A DNA stretch of 56,694 nucleotides from an uncultured virus (IMG/VR IMGVR_UViG_2786546887_000004) (Duplodnaviria > Heunggongvirae > Uroviricota > Caudoviricetes). The position numbers and the translations under genes were made by a program. Every line of letters starts with the position of its first letter. Positions within the stretch are counted from its first letter, which is position 1. The stretch lies in IMG/VR virus record IMGVR_UViG_2786546887_000004; one strand, given 5' to 3'. Positions 39,185 through 49,239 of this stretch are shown here, one piece after another. The notes beneath the pieces were generated by a model, which was not told the DNA's origin, searched no databases, and saw only the letters and a program-made list of their open reading frames with translations.

Positions 39185-39202
39185 ACTACTATTTATCCTT
39201 TT

Positions 39203-39445
39203 TTAAATTGGTAATTCTCTTATAATAAGCTGCACACCAACTTCTGGNGCAGTTCCTAATGTTAAGGTAGTACCTGAAATAGTGTAGTCGGCAGTCGGTC
39301 TTTGTAAGACACCGTTTTCAGTGACTAATACTTTATCAACCGTCATTCCTTGAGTACAAGTAAATCCTTGAGTAGATCCATCACCTGTACTTACTCTCAC
39401 ATTAATTTCTGTTGGTCTATCTTTTCCGTTAATATATCTAACCAT
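39203..39445 (-). CDS. Small tail-associated beta module protein
   Basis: GDGST..F...VTENGVLQRPTADYTISGTTLT, a module common in myophage tail proteins. Confidence 0.7.
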   Translation of the reverse strand: MVRYINGKDRPTEINVRVSTGDGSTQGFTCTQGMTVDKVLVTENGVLQRPTADYTISGTTLTLGTXPEVGVQLIIRELPI

Positions 39446-39639
39446 TAAATGTCCGTTCCTACTTTTTTAACCCAATAGCCATGGTTTTTGATTTTTCTAG
39501 TTTCTCCCTCTGCATTTGAATTAAATACAGGTGAAGATAATTGAACGTATGTTTGTCCTCCTGGTGTACTAGATTTAGCACCATTTTGAGGATTATCGTT
39601 AGCCTTTGATCCACTTGGGACTATTGTCTGAACTGCCAT
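39445..39639 (-). CDS. Hypothetical protein
   Basis: 64 aa, translationally coupled (TAATG) to the next gene. Confidence 0.6.
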   Translation of the reverse strand: MAVQTIVPSGSKANDNPQNGAKSSTPGGQTYVQLSSPVFNSNAEGETRKIKNHGYWVKKVGTDI

Positions 39640-39656
39640 ACTTCAATCCTTAACTA

Positions 39657-40025
39657 TTATACGTCTTCCAAAACTGAAAGAACAACATCAATTGATGAAC
39701 CAGCAGAAGCTTCTGCTCTGATTACATCAGCGTTTGAACCATCGTTTTGAACTACAATTTTGTTTCCTTGCATAATCTCAACCGTTGTATTTGCAGGTAC
39801 TTTTAATCCATTAACAATGTATGCGTCATTTGAACCGTCTTCGTTATCTAAAAAGATACCGACCGTTCTTTCAGCCGCATTTTTATTACAGATTGATATA
39901 CCGATAATGATTGATTCTAATGCAGTGGAACCAGCGCCTGCAGGTACTGAATACACAGCGTCACCTGACGCACCTGTACTTGTTCCTACATTTGGTTTTG
40001 CAAATCTTTTAAAATCGTTAGCCAT
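39657..40025 (-). CDS. Conserved small virion protein (MANxFK family)
   Basis: MANDFK...IIGISICN...GNKIVV...DVVLSVLE; late promoters at 40044-40051 and 40073-40080. Confidence 0.7.
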   Translation of the reverse strand: MANDFKRFAKPNVGTSTGASGDAVYSVPAGAGSTALESIIIGISICNKNAAERTVGIFLDNEDGSNDAYIVNGLKVPANTTVEIMQGNKIVVQNDGSNADVIRAEASAGSSIDVVLSVLEDV

Positions 40026-40086
40026 TTAAACTACCCTTTATAGTATTTATACTTTTTAAAGTATAATGTTTATATTTATATTATAA

Positions 40087-40479
40087 TTAACCTAAAGCAA
40101 TTGCCTGTGCAATCGCAAAAGGTCTAGTTGCAACTCTATCACTACCTTCAGTAATTGTAGTCGCAGTAATTGAAGAAATCCCAGTAATTGTAGTACTTAA
40201 AGCAATATTGAATTGATCTGTAGCAGATACCGTTGCTGAAATATTTGAGTCTCCAACTATATTTAGTATGTCACCACCACTAATAGTTTGTGTGGTACTT
40301 GTACTATCTCGTATAACAAAGTTATTAGTACCCCCAGCAGCCTCGTTAATCGCAGCTACCAATGAGGTTTTACTAGAAGTCGTTAAAGCAGTCAAATCTC
40401 CTGTGTCTGTCGCATGGGAATTGAATGTTGTTCTTAGCGTTTCTAAAGTATCTGTTGTATCTACACTTCTTACAGCCAT
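40087..40479 (-). CDS. Putative fibre-associated structural protein
   Basis: TDTLETLRTTFN, GDLTALTT..KTSLVAAINE, C-terminal FAIAQAIALG. Confidence 0.65.
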   Translation of the reverse strand: MAVRSVDTTDTLETLRTTFNSHATDTGDLTALTTSSKTSLVAAINEAAGGTNNFVIRDSTSTTQTISGGDILNIVGDSNISATVSATDQFNIALSTTITGISSITATTITEGSDRVATRPFAIAQAIALG

Positions 40480-40480
40480 T

Positions 40481-40702
40481 TTACTTGTTTAATACCTTTG
40501 TTAATAAACTTTTTATTTCTTTCATTTCGTTTTTAATAGTATTTATTTCTTTTACAGCACCTCTTAAAACGTCATTTGTTTTTTCTCTGTTTTTATACTT
40601 ACTCATGTAAGCAGTAAATTCAGACGTACTTGTATTTAATATAGCATTTGATTTTACATCTCTTACTAAATTTGTTTGTCCTTGTACTTTAATTTGTGCC
40701 AT
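40481..40702 (-). CDS. Conserved hypothetical coiled-coil protein
   Basis: KVQGQTNLVRDVKSNAILNT; usually follows the DUF4815 gene in marine T4-like phages. Confidence 0.7.
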   Translation of the reverse strand: MAQIKVQGQTNLVRDVKSNAILNTSTSEFTAYMSKYKNREKTNDVLRGAVKEINTIKNEMKEIKSLLTKVLNK

Positions 40703-40704
40703 AA

Positions 40705-43700
40705 TTATACCGCAAGAGCAATTGCTCTTAAATCTTTTATTCGTGCAGTGTATGAACTATTTGTTCCTTTAAACACTACTTTAATTTGAAAACTTGTAAA
40801 CTCTGATAAATCACTTACACTAAACTTATGATCTTTGAAATCTATATCTAATACTTGATCTCCTGTTGATGGATCAACAGCACTATCAGGTGCACCAGTT
40901 GTGTTAAATGGTGTAAATGGTATATCTTCTATTCTTCTTGTTTCTTCACCACCACTTACTCTGAAAAATGCAGTTATAGAAGAAGTATCTCTAACACTAG
41001 CNGCAAGTCTTACATCTAAAGCAGTAGATTGATTTACTAGATTAATTGGTTTTGTAATGTATTGACCAGCAGATGAACCACCCTCTGTTGCAGTATCTTC
41101 TTCAAAGTCAACCGTGTTTGTAATTTTTGCAACAACTCTAGCACCGTTAGTTGGCGCAGTCGTCATTGTTAATGTTGTACTTGAAACCGTAAAGTCTATT
41201 TGAGGTGTTAACTTTTTACCATCTTTTCTAACATCCATTATGTGTACATCACTTGGTGTAGCACTTAAAGTAAATCCTGCTGTTGAACCATCACCTATAA
41301 ATGTGTCAGTAGATGATACCGTAGGATTATTTAATCTGTTTGAAATTGCAAAAGCATTAACTCTTTTTAAATCTATCACTGGTGATAAATTAGCATTTGA
41401 TGAACTAAATGTTATATTGGACACAATTGATTTAGAACCAGACATTTCGTTTGTTTCATTAATTTCACTTGCAACTAATCTAGGAGATGTAAAGTAAATA
41501 TTATCTCCTAATACTACATTTTGAGCATCGGATGCTGATTGTAAAGTAAATGGTGTTTCTGTACCGTGTATAGATTTACCTGTTGTTGTTCTTAATGTAG
41601 CACTTAAAGAAGTATTAGGATGAATAACATGACCTATTTGAAGTTGTAATACGTCAAATAATCTATTTTGTGTTGCCGTTGCTGTTGCGCCACCAACATC
41701 TCCTGTTGCGTTTGCAGCTCCACCAGCAACTACATCATAAGAATCTAGTGTTATATTTTTTATACTAGTATATGTACCGTTAATATTACTATGAGTAATA
41801 CCATTATATGTGCCTGAAGCAATATCACCAATTGTCACATTGTCAGACGTGTTGTGCATACCATGATTTTTATGAAATACTCTAATTGTAGTTGAACCAT
41901 TAAATGTTCTAATAGAATTATTATTTAATAATTTTGTAGGTAAAGTTTTATTTGCCAATGTTAATGTACCAGACGCAGTTGTATCAAATACTGCTTTTTT
42001 CAAAGTGTATTTTAAATCTTCCATTTGATCTGGTTGCCATGTTCTATTATTAGCAGACTTAAATAATACACCACTTGCTGGTTGTTTAGATACCGTTCTA
42101 TCACCACCAATTACTTTATCACCTAGTCTTGCAACATAAACATTGTAATCTGTTGAGTCAGAATATAATACTACGCAATATTCTTTTCCCTCTTGTAAGT
42201 AAACTGGACTATCAAATGTAAATGTAGTTGCAGTTGTACCATCTGTTGATGTATTTACATCACTTGCATTTAAATATTTTTGTGCAAATGGTAATAATGT
42301 AGTAGATGGATAACCATTTACCATTTTTCTAATTTCTGCCCTTACAGGAATAGTTGAAGATTTAGAAGAGAAGAAAGCATCCACACTTGTTATAAATGCG
42401 CCATCTTCATCTTCAACAATAAATGATTGTGCTAATGGATCACTAGTATTATTCTGACCATTATCACCATCATTTCCAGTTTGTCTTTGAGCAATAACTC
42501 TACTTGCTGATCTTGTTGTTGATCTTCTTCCAGAGGTCGTTGTTCTAATTGTTCGTGCTTCTCTTGTTGAAACGATAGCTTCTTGTACCGTTTCTATTAA
42601 TCCTTTTGCGTCATAGTCTGCTTCTGCCGAAGTTTCTATATTACTTTGATTTAAAGAATTAGTTGATGAACTTGTTAATCTGAAAACTCTTTTACCTGTT
42701 CTCCATCTTGGATTTACACCATTAAATGGATCAGGTATTGCAAATGTTCCTACTACACCACCGTTAGCATCCGTCACTAGGTTACCACCCAATGAACCGC
42801 CAGATGGTGTCACATAAACTGATATGTCAATATTATCAAAGAAAGGATGAACTCTAGTATTAGGTCTCATACCTCTTGCAGTAAATGTAATTGTTCTTTG
42901 TCTTATAAATGGTGCAAATGCAACAGATATAACTCTACTACCTAAACTTTGTCTTACTGCCTGTGGTACTATTACTGATCTGATACCACTTCTTGTTTGA
43001 ACAACATCTCTACTTGTTGTTTGCACTAAAGAGTCNCCTTGCCATCTTGTAGTTGTTCTTGGATTACCTGACCATTGATCTTGCCATTCATTCCATTCAG
43101 TACCTAAAGGTATTTCAGATGTACTTGTATTATCAAGGCCTAAATCTCTAGCCATGTTATCAAAAGAACCATTAATGTTAACTACTAATTCTGGAGCTCT
43201 TCTTGTATCTTTCCACTCATCAAGTGGTGGATCTAATTCTATGTTACCTACCCAATTGAATATTAAGAACGGATTTAAATTTTCTGTTGTAGTTGCATAT
43301 GGTTGCTCAATCATATTAGTTTGAGAATATGGTAATGTAATTAAGTCACCAGTTTTCTGATAGTTTGCAGCCGTTCGATCTCCTGCAACAATTGTCGTTA
43401 GATCGTCATCTATTTCTTCAAATTCTACTATGTCTTCATTAAATAATGTTCTTGCTTCACCTCTTGCTCTATCTATTGCAAGTTTGTAATCATTGTTGCC
43501 TACGTCACCAACATTGTGACCACTAAAATTATCAACAACAAAACCATTTTTAAATCTGTCAAAACCATCAGCGTCTTGTATTTGTAAATTTTGTGCATCG
43601 GCTTCTAATAAAGAAAGTTGAGTGTAGTATTCAATATTTTTAATTCTATCTTCTATTCTACCAATGTCTCTCATGGTAAATCTTTGATTGTCTTCTTTCT

Positions 43701-46700
43701 TAATTTTGACATCTCTTGTATCTAAAGTATAACTAGGTATTGTAAATGTTGCCAATAACATATGACCATCTAAATCTGATGGCTCTAATGGATTAAGAGC
43801 AGACGCACCTTCAACTGCTTTTAATAAACCATTTCTAGTCATAAAAATTTTGTCTATTCTATTTAAATAAAATTCAAAGTCAGCAGTAATATCTGAACCA
43901 AATTTTATAACATCAACCGTAGAGTTACCAGAACCATCAAAACTTCTATCGTTGCCNCCAGAATTAATTGTACTTGCGTCATCTACTCGTGGTCTGAAAT
44001 CTAAACAATCTCTTAATTCAAATTTATCACCAGTGGTATCTGAAGTATAACTTGGTATGTTTTCGTAATCTACTTGACCTGAATATGAGTCAACATCAAA
44101 ATAATCACCAGTACCATGTGCAAAGAAATCAAAATTTACAAGTAATCTACCTGTTGGTACAATTGCACCTGGTTTTAATTTTAATCTACCTATATCGTAG
44201 AAGTTATCTCTTTGACCAGTGTCTAAATCAAATCTATCTGAAATATCTGTATCACTAGCAGTAGCGTTTGTACTAAAATCAGCAGACATATAAACATTGT
44301 TTATATCAAATACGTCAGCCTTACCAAGACCAATAGTACCTGATTCTATTTCTGTCTGACTTGTTTTTTGAATAGTTGAACCGTTTGTTAAAGTTTTTGT
44401 TTTAGAACCATCTGTCTTACTTAATGTTGCAAGTATCTTAACTTTGTGACCATTAAAGTTTGCACCAAAGTCTAGTTTTAGTGAAGCACCTGTAGGTGAA
44501 CCTGTTAATTCAAATATTGCGTCACCCTCATGGTTATTACCAGTTAAGTTTAATACATCACCAACAGCACCAGTTCCACCAGAACCAGTCGTCATAATTG
44601 TAACCGTAAAGTCATCACTTGAAAGTGAAGAGAATGTTTCATCAGTTCCTGCGTTAATAGTACCATCACCATTAGATGATAATGTTGAAACAAATTGTCT
44701 TCTTATAGAATAATTTGTATCAGTAGCATTACTATTAGCTGCTGTCTTTAATGTTTTAATTGTTTTATAAGGTAGTTTTTTAATTGCAGTATTTTGCTCA
44801 GGATTTTGTATCTTNGATCTTCTTCTTGTTATAATAGTAGAAGTTGATACATCAGCAGCCCCAACATTAGCAGTTAAAGTTGCCTGTGTTTGAGATACAA
44901 TATTTTTAACTAAAGCAGTAACCGTACTACCTGCGTCATTAATAAATGAAATTGAATCACCTATTTTTAAATCTCTTGTAAAGTTTGTTCCTTTACCAAT
45001 TAAGTTATTTGTAGCATTTGCAATTGAAGCAACACCTACTAAATCTACATTAGCACCATGAGTAGAGGTTAAATCTGTATCTGAAGTATAAGTTGGCGAA
45101 CCAGCCATACCTATTTGTTTTACTGCTGACACTTCTCTTGTTGTTGCAGCTTTTAATCCTAATACATCTGATTGTAAAGTACCACTTACATTTGAAGTTT
45201 GACCAGAAATGGTTTCACCTGCAGTAAATGTTCCTTTAACACTTGACAACACAATAGTTGTGTGTGTAAATGTTGGTGAAGATGAAAAGGCAGTGACTAC
45301 TTGAGGAGTTAATCCATCTGAAGAATATAACTCAAAAGTATTTGTTGTAGAATTTCTAATTGTAAAAATGCCAGGTGTATATGCTGTTGAAGCAATTGAC
45401 ATTGTACCACCCGATACATTAACTTGTTGACCATCTTTTAATCCATGTGCAGATTTTGTAAATACACCAGCACCATCAGGAGCAGGAGTTGTTGAACAAG
45501 ACGCACCAGCAAATGAAAGAGTTGCAGTAATACTTTCTACAATACCTGTAGCACCTGAACTTGCACCAGAAAGAACTTCACCAGTTGTAAATGAACCAGT
45601 TGTAGTTAATTCTAAATGTGTAAACATTTCTATATCAAATAGATAATGTCTGTAAATTGAAGTCGTTGCGTTAATGTCTAAAGATTCTGTTGCAGATACG
45701 GTTTCAAAACCACGAGATTTTGCTCTACCAATTTGAGGTATAGTTGTACCGACCGTTGATTGTTGAGTTCCTCTTACAGCAGTTGCAGTATCAAATAAGT
45801 TAACCGTTTTATATGCCTCTACTGGACCACTACCAACAAATCCTATATCTGGTGAACCAAATACATTATTTACATTAATAAAATTTTGAACATCAAATCT
45901 TTGTTTGTGATTATTTTGTGTATCAAACTCTCTTGCTTTATTTAATGCAACAAAGGTTGTTCCTATTGTTTCATTTTCATATCCTCTAACATATGCTTTA
46001 AAAGGTGAAACACCAATTGCAAGTTTTGTAGCAGAACCGCCGTTTCCTCCAGTAAATATACCTCTGTTAGTTCCTGATAATAAATGTTCTCTTACTTCAA
46101 AATCAGGATTAGTTAAAGAATAATCTCCTGACTCGTCAAATGTTCTTCTAGCAAATGTATCTTCTAGTACAGCATATTCTGTATGTCTAACTTTTGATTT
46201 AATTTCACCATTTTCTACTCTAGCAATTTCATAAAAGTTATCGTCTTCAGTAGAAGCTAAAGTTTTTTTAGCAAGTGTTAATAATATTTTAAATCTATGA
46301 GCACCAGGTGCGTTTAAGTTTGAAGAACCTTGAGCGTTGTCTGATAAACTTGCGTCATCATTAGAGGTTACAAAAGATTCAGTAACCGTAAAACCAATTC
46401 TGTATGAAGGTGAGTTTGTATATTTGTCTAATATTAAAACTGAAGCATCAGCCTGTACAAAGAAACCATTAATATAATATACACCTGATTCAACAGCAGC
46501 TGCTGAACCTGTTGCAGTTGTATTTACTACAGCAGTTGGTGAACCACCACCACTTGATGTAATTGTTTCTCCATCAGTAAATACGGTTGCAGTATTATTA
46601 GTTCCTGTCTTATTATATTTTACAAATAATGTATCAGGATCAGTTCCGTCATCAGCAGATACGCCAATAACTTCAGCAATAACTCCTGAAGAACCACCTG

Positions 46701-46986
46701 TTATAGTAGTATTATTGTAATCGTTAATTGAACTTGCAGATTTAGATGTTAACTTTACAGCGTAGTATTTTGTGTCAACAGATATTTGACCAGGTATTAC
46801 ACTTGCTCCTTGTTGGAACATATGATCACCAAATCTTTCAATTTGATTTTGTATAATACTTTGTGATTGTGTTAACTCTCTTGCTTGTACAGCAAACGCA
46901 GGTCTAAAAAGTATTCTATGAAACTTTTTCGACTCGTTAAAATCGTCATAATAGGGACTGACATTAAAATCAGTTGAAGCTGCCAT
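40705..46986 (-). CDS. Large structural protein (DUF4815/VrlC-like)
   Basis: FNVSPYYDDF, QARELTQ, APGAHR, ARRTFDESGDY, RFKNGFVVDNF, DPLAQSF. Confidence 0.9.
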   Translation of the reverse strand: MAASTDFNVSPYYDDFNESKKFHRILFRPAFAVQARELTQSQSIIQNQIERFGDHMFQQGASVIPGQISVDTKYYAVKLTSKSASSINDYNNTTITGGSSGVIAEVIGVSADDGTDPDTLFVKYNKTGTNNTATVFTDGETITSSGGGSPTAVVNTTATGSAAAVESGVYYINGFFVQADASVLILDKYTNSPSYRIGFTVTESFVTSNDDASLSDNAQGSSNLNAPGAHRFKILLTLAKKTLASTEDDNFYEIARVENGEIKSKVRHTEYAVLEDTFARRTFDESGDYSLTNPDFEVREHLLSGTNRGIFTGGNGGSATKLAIGVSPFKAYVRGYENETIGTTFVALNKAREFDTQNNHKQRFDVQNFINVNNVFGSPDIGFVGSGPVEAYKTVNLFDTATAVRGTQQSTVGTTIPQIGRAKSRGFETVSATESLDINATTSIYRHYLFDIEMFTHLELTTTGSFTTGEVLSGASSGATGIVESITATLSFAGASCSTTPAPDGAGVFTKSAHGLKDGQQVNVSGGTMSIASTAYTPGIFTIRNSTTNTFELYSSDGLTPQVVTAFSSSPTFTHTTIVLSSVKGTFTAGETISGQTSNVSGTLQSDVLGLKAATTREVSAVKQIGMAGSPTYTSDTDLTSTHGANVDLVGVASIANATNNLIGKGTNFTRDLKIGDSISFINDAGSTVTALVKNIVSQTQATLTANVGAADVSTSTIITRRRXKIQNPEQNTAIKKLPYKTIKTLKTAANSNATDTNYSIRRQFVSTLSSNGDGTINAGTDETFSSLSSDDFTVTIMTTGSGGTGAVGDVLNLTGNNHEGDAIFELTGSPTGASLKLDFGANFNGHKVKILATLSKTDGSKTKTLTNGSTIQKTSQTEIESGTIGLGKADVFDINNVYMSADFSTNATASDTDISDRFDLDTGQRDNFYDIGRLKLKPGAIVPTGRLLVNFDFFAHGTGDYFDVDSYSGQVDYENIPSYTSDTTGDKFELRDCLDFRPRVDDASTINSXGNDRSFDGSGNSTVDVIKFGSDITADFEFYLNRIDKIFMTRNGLLKAVEGASALNPLEPSDLDGHMLLATFTIPSYTLDTRDVKIKKEDNQRFTMRDIGRIEDRIKNIEYYTQLSLLEADAQNLQIQDADGFDRFKNGFVVDNFSGHNVGDVGNNDYKLAIDRARGEARTLFNEDIVEFEEIDDDLTTIVAGDRTAANYQKTGDLITLPYSQTNMIEQPYATTTENLNPFLIFNWVGNIELDPPLDEWKDTRRAPELVVNINGSFDNMARDLGLDNTSTSEIPLGTEWNEWQDQWSGNPRTTTRWQXDSLVQTTSRDVVQTRSGIRSVIVPQAVRQSLGSRVISVAFAPFIRQRTITFTARGMRPNTRVHPFFDNIDISVYVTPSGGSLGGNLVTDANGGVVGTFAIPDPFNGVNPRWRTGKRVFRLTSSSTNSLNQSNIETSAEADYDAKGLIETVQEAIVSTREARTIRTTTSGRRSTTRSASRVIAQRQTGNDGDNGQNNTSDPLAQSFIVEDEDGAFITSVDAFFSSKSSTIPVRAEIRKMVNGYPSTTLLPFAQKYLNASDVNTSTDGTTATTFTFDSPVYLQEGKEYCVVLYSDSTDYNVYVARLGDKVIGGDRTVSKQPASGVLFKSANNRTWQPDQMEDLKYTLKKAVFDTTASGTLTLANKTLPTKLLNNNSIRTFNGSTTIRVFHKNHGMHNTSDNVTIGDIASGTYNGITHSNINGTYTSIKNITLDSYDVVAGGAANATGDVGGATATATQNRLFDVLQLQIGHVIHPNTSLSATLRTTTGKSIHGTETPFTLQSASDAQNVVLGDNIYFTSPRLVASEINETNEMSGSKSIVSNITFSSSNANLSPVIDLKRVNAFAISNRLNNPTVSSTDTFIGDGSTAGFTLSATPSDVHIMDVRKDGKKLTPQIDFTVSSTTLTMTTAPTNGARVVAKITNTVDFEEDTATEGGSSAGQYITKPINLVNQSTALDVRLXASVRDTSSITAFFRVSGGEETRRIEDIPFTPFNTTGAPDSAVDPSTGDQVLDIDFKDHKFSVSDLSEFTSFQIKVVFKGTNSSYTARIKDLRAIALAV

Positions 46987-47001
46987 TTATTTCCTCTTTA
47001 A

Positions 47002-48489
47002 TTAAAATTCAACAACGAGTTTGACGTTTTCAGTTTGGTCAGTAGCCCTTGTAATAGGTGCTCTGTTCTCAATGTACATTACATCGCCTGTATCGTTATC
47101 TAACTCTGAAGAAGAATAACCACCAGTAAATGAAGCACCGTTAACTGAACTAGAAAAACCTGTGTCTGGAGTACCAGTTGCACTTGAATCTTGTCCACTT
47201 ACAACAGCCGCAGTACTAAATGCAGTTTTATTACCATTAGAGTCAGCACCCTCATCATTGAATCTTGTTTGTATATAATATAAAATTCTGTTTGTTGAAT
47301 CGTATTCAACAACTTTACCTACAGCACCAGTAGTTGCCTGATTGATTTCTTCATCAACCGTAAATGTTCCTGGTGTAGGTGAAGCGGCAAATCTTATTGC
47401 CTTTGTAGCTCTTAATGTTGTTGCCGAAGCAGCACCGCCACCTGATTGTGGATCTCTTATAAGAGCAATTTTTCTAAAATCGTTAGCAGCAGATACATCT
47501 GAACCTGATCCTGATTCAACACCTTCAAAGTTAGTGTTTAACATTACAAAGAAACCACCTAATTCTTTGATTGCGTTTGAACCGTGACCACCTTTTGGTC
47601 CGATAATTACATCTAATTCTGCACCTGAACCAGCACCACCACCTTGAGATAATATATCAGCATTTCTAATATATCCGTAAGTGTATCCTGTACCAGCAGT
47701 TGTAATTGCAACAGCAGTAATAACTCCTGAAGAAAGTGTAACCGTACAAGCGCCTGAAGCACCATCACCTCTTATTGGTACTGAAGTAATAGTACCTGAA
47801 GTAGCACCACCCGATACCGTNTANCCTGATCCTGCAGTTTTAATTTTTACTATATCTAATGCACCGTTAACAGCAGCAGATGAAACCGTTGAATTAGTTG
47901 CGACTGCCATAAAGTCAGTAGATAAAAAGTTTGCTTGTTGAGTTGCAGATAAAGTGTACATATATTTCCACTTGTATCCATCACCTGTTGTTAATGTAGA
48001 AGTTGAAGTTCCTGTAGGTTCTACCGTTGAGGCAGCCCCAGCGTTATTATCTAAAACTTTGTAAACATTGTAAGCAGATGATACAACAAAAAATGTTGCG
48101 TCAAATAAATTTGTAGCACCACTATTAGCACTTTGAGTAGAAGTTCCGCCAGTAATTCTTCTACCGTAATCATGTCTGTAATAGTCGTAAGTTGTGCCAG
48201 TTGTCCAGTTTCTTCTTGGTATCACTATTGATACGTCTGAACTTGTAATTTTCTTAGCTGCGATTGCGTCATCAAAAGTATAAAACTCATCATCTACTGA
48301 ATCAATCGGTGCGATAGGTGCTGAGTCAGTACCTTCGTTTTCTGTTCTTGCGTCTGGTCTTGTTGATGTTGCGAAAGGTTGAGGTCTTCCTAACATCATA
48401 TAATAAACATTTGCTCCGCTTTCTGAAAAAGACTCGACAAATTGTTCTTGGTTATGAACCCTAAATTTGTTGGTTACTATTGCTGGCAT
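47002..48489 (-). CDS. gp8: Baseplate wedge protein gp8
   Basis: PRRNWTTG..YDYY, VYKVLDN, DGYKWKYMY, ENVKLVVEF; late promoter at 48509-48516. Confidence 0.9.
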   Translation of the reverse strand: MPAIVTNKFRVHNQEQFVESFSESGANVYYMMLGRPQPFATSTRPDARTENEGTDSAPIAPIDSVDDEFYTFDDAIAAKKITSSDVSIVIPRRNWTTGTTYDYYRHDYGRRITGGTSTQSANSGATNLFDATFFVVSSAYNVYKVLDNNAGAASTVEPTGTSTSTLTTGDGYKWKYMYTLSATQQANFLSTDFMAVATNSTVSSAAVNGALDIVKIKTAGSXXTVSGGATSGTITSVPIRGDGASGACTVTLSSGVITAVAITTAGTGYTYGYIRNADILSQGGGAGSGAELDVIIGPKGGHGSNAIKELGGFFVMLNTNFEGVESGSGSDVSAANDFRKIALIRDPQSGGGAASATTLRATKAIRFAASPTPGTFTVDEEINQATTGAVGKVVEYDSTNRILYYIQTRFNDEGADSNGNKTAFSTAAVVSGQDSSATGTPDTGFSSSVNGASFTGGYSSSELDNDTGDVMYIENRAPITRATDQTENVKLVVEF

Positions 48490-48518
48490 TTTAATTCTTC
48501 CTTATTCATATTTATATG

Positions 48519-49070
48519 TTATCCTAAAGCAATTCCCATTGCTATCGCAAATGTTCTTGCGTTATTAATTTGAGTTTGAACATTACTAGTCACTCCGTTT
48601 AAGTGACCAAACTCTGTATTATCTACCGTTCCACCACCTATATCTGTAGCAGCGATACCTCCAGTAAAATTGATAGTATATGTACTACCTGATACTGAAC
48701 TTGATAGACCAGTACCTGTATTAATTCGTAAATCACCCCCTAAAGACACTACCCCAGCAGTTGAACTATCATCAATTAAATTCAATGATGGGAATGTGTT
48801 GGTAACATTAAAAGTTTTATTAGTGACTGATTGTGTTAATGTTGTAGTAAGTACGTTTGCAGGTTCAAATTTAGAACTTGAACTATTAAAAATTAAACCT
48901 TGATTTGCACTTACGCCTNTAGCATTAACATTAAAACTAATAGATGATCCATCACCTATTGCACTATAAACTTCAGAAAAGTTTGCATTAACAATCTGAC
49001 CACCTGCTCGAATAGTACTACCCGTTCCGTCATTGACCGTTGTACCTACATTAATTATTTGTTTAACCAT
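48519..49070 (-). CDS. Baseplate gp9/gp10-like N-terminal domain protein
   Basis: KQIINVGTTVNDGTGSTIRAGG..VNANFSEVY; C-terminal FAIAMGIALG. Confidence 0.75.
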   Translation of the reverse strand: MVKQIINVGTTVNDGTGSTIRAGGQIVNANFSEVYSAIGDGSSISFNVNAXGVSANQGLIFNSSSSKFEPANVLTTTLTQSVTNKTFNVTNTFPSLNLIDDSSTAGVVSLGGDLRINTGTGLSSSVSGSTYTINFTGGIAATDIGGGTVDNTEFGHLNGVTSNVQTQINNARTFAIAMGIALG

Positions 49071-49072
49071 TG

Positions 49073-49237
49073 TTAATCGTCTTCTCTAACTTCTTTTAAA
49101 ACTCTTATTCTGTCATTGATTTCAGGCGCAATTTTAAAAGTAAGATTACCATTTTCTATTGTGTAATCTTCATTTTTTTTCATAACTACACCGTTCACCG
49201 TGACTAAAATTTCGTTATCTATACTATTTATACTCAT
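49073..49237 (-). CDS. Small beta-module protein (54 aa), not in the ORF track
   Basis: MSINSIDNEILVTVNGVVMKKNEDYTIENGNLTFKIAPEINDRIRVLKEVREDD*; paralogous to 39203..39445. Confidence 0.6.
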   Translation of the reverse strand: MSINSIDNEILVTVNGVVMKKNEDYTIENGNLTFKIAPEINDRIRVLKEVREDD

Positions 49238-49239
49238 AA

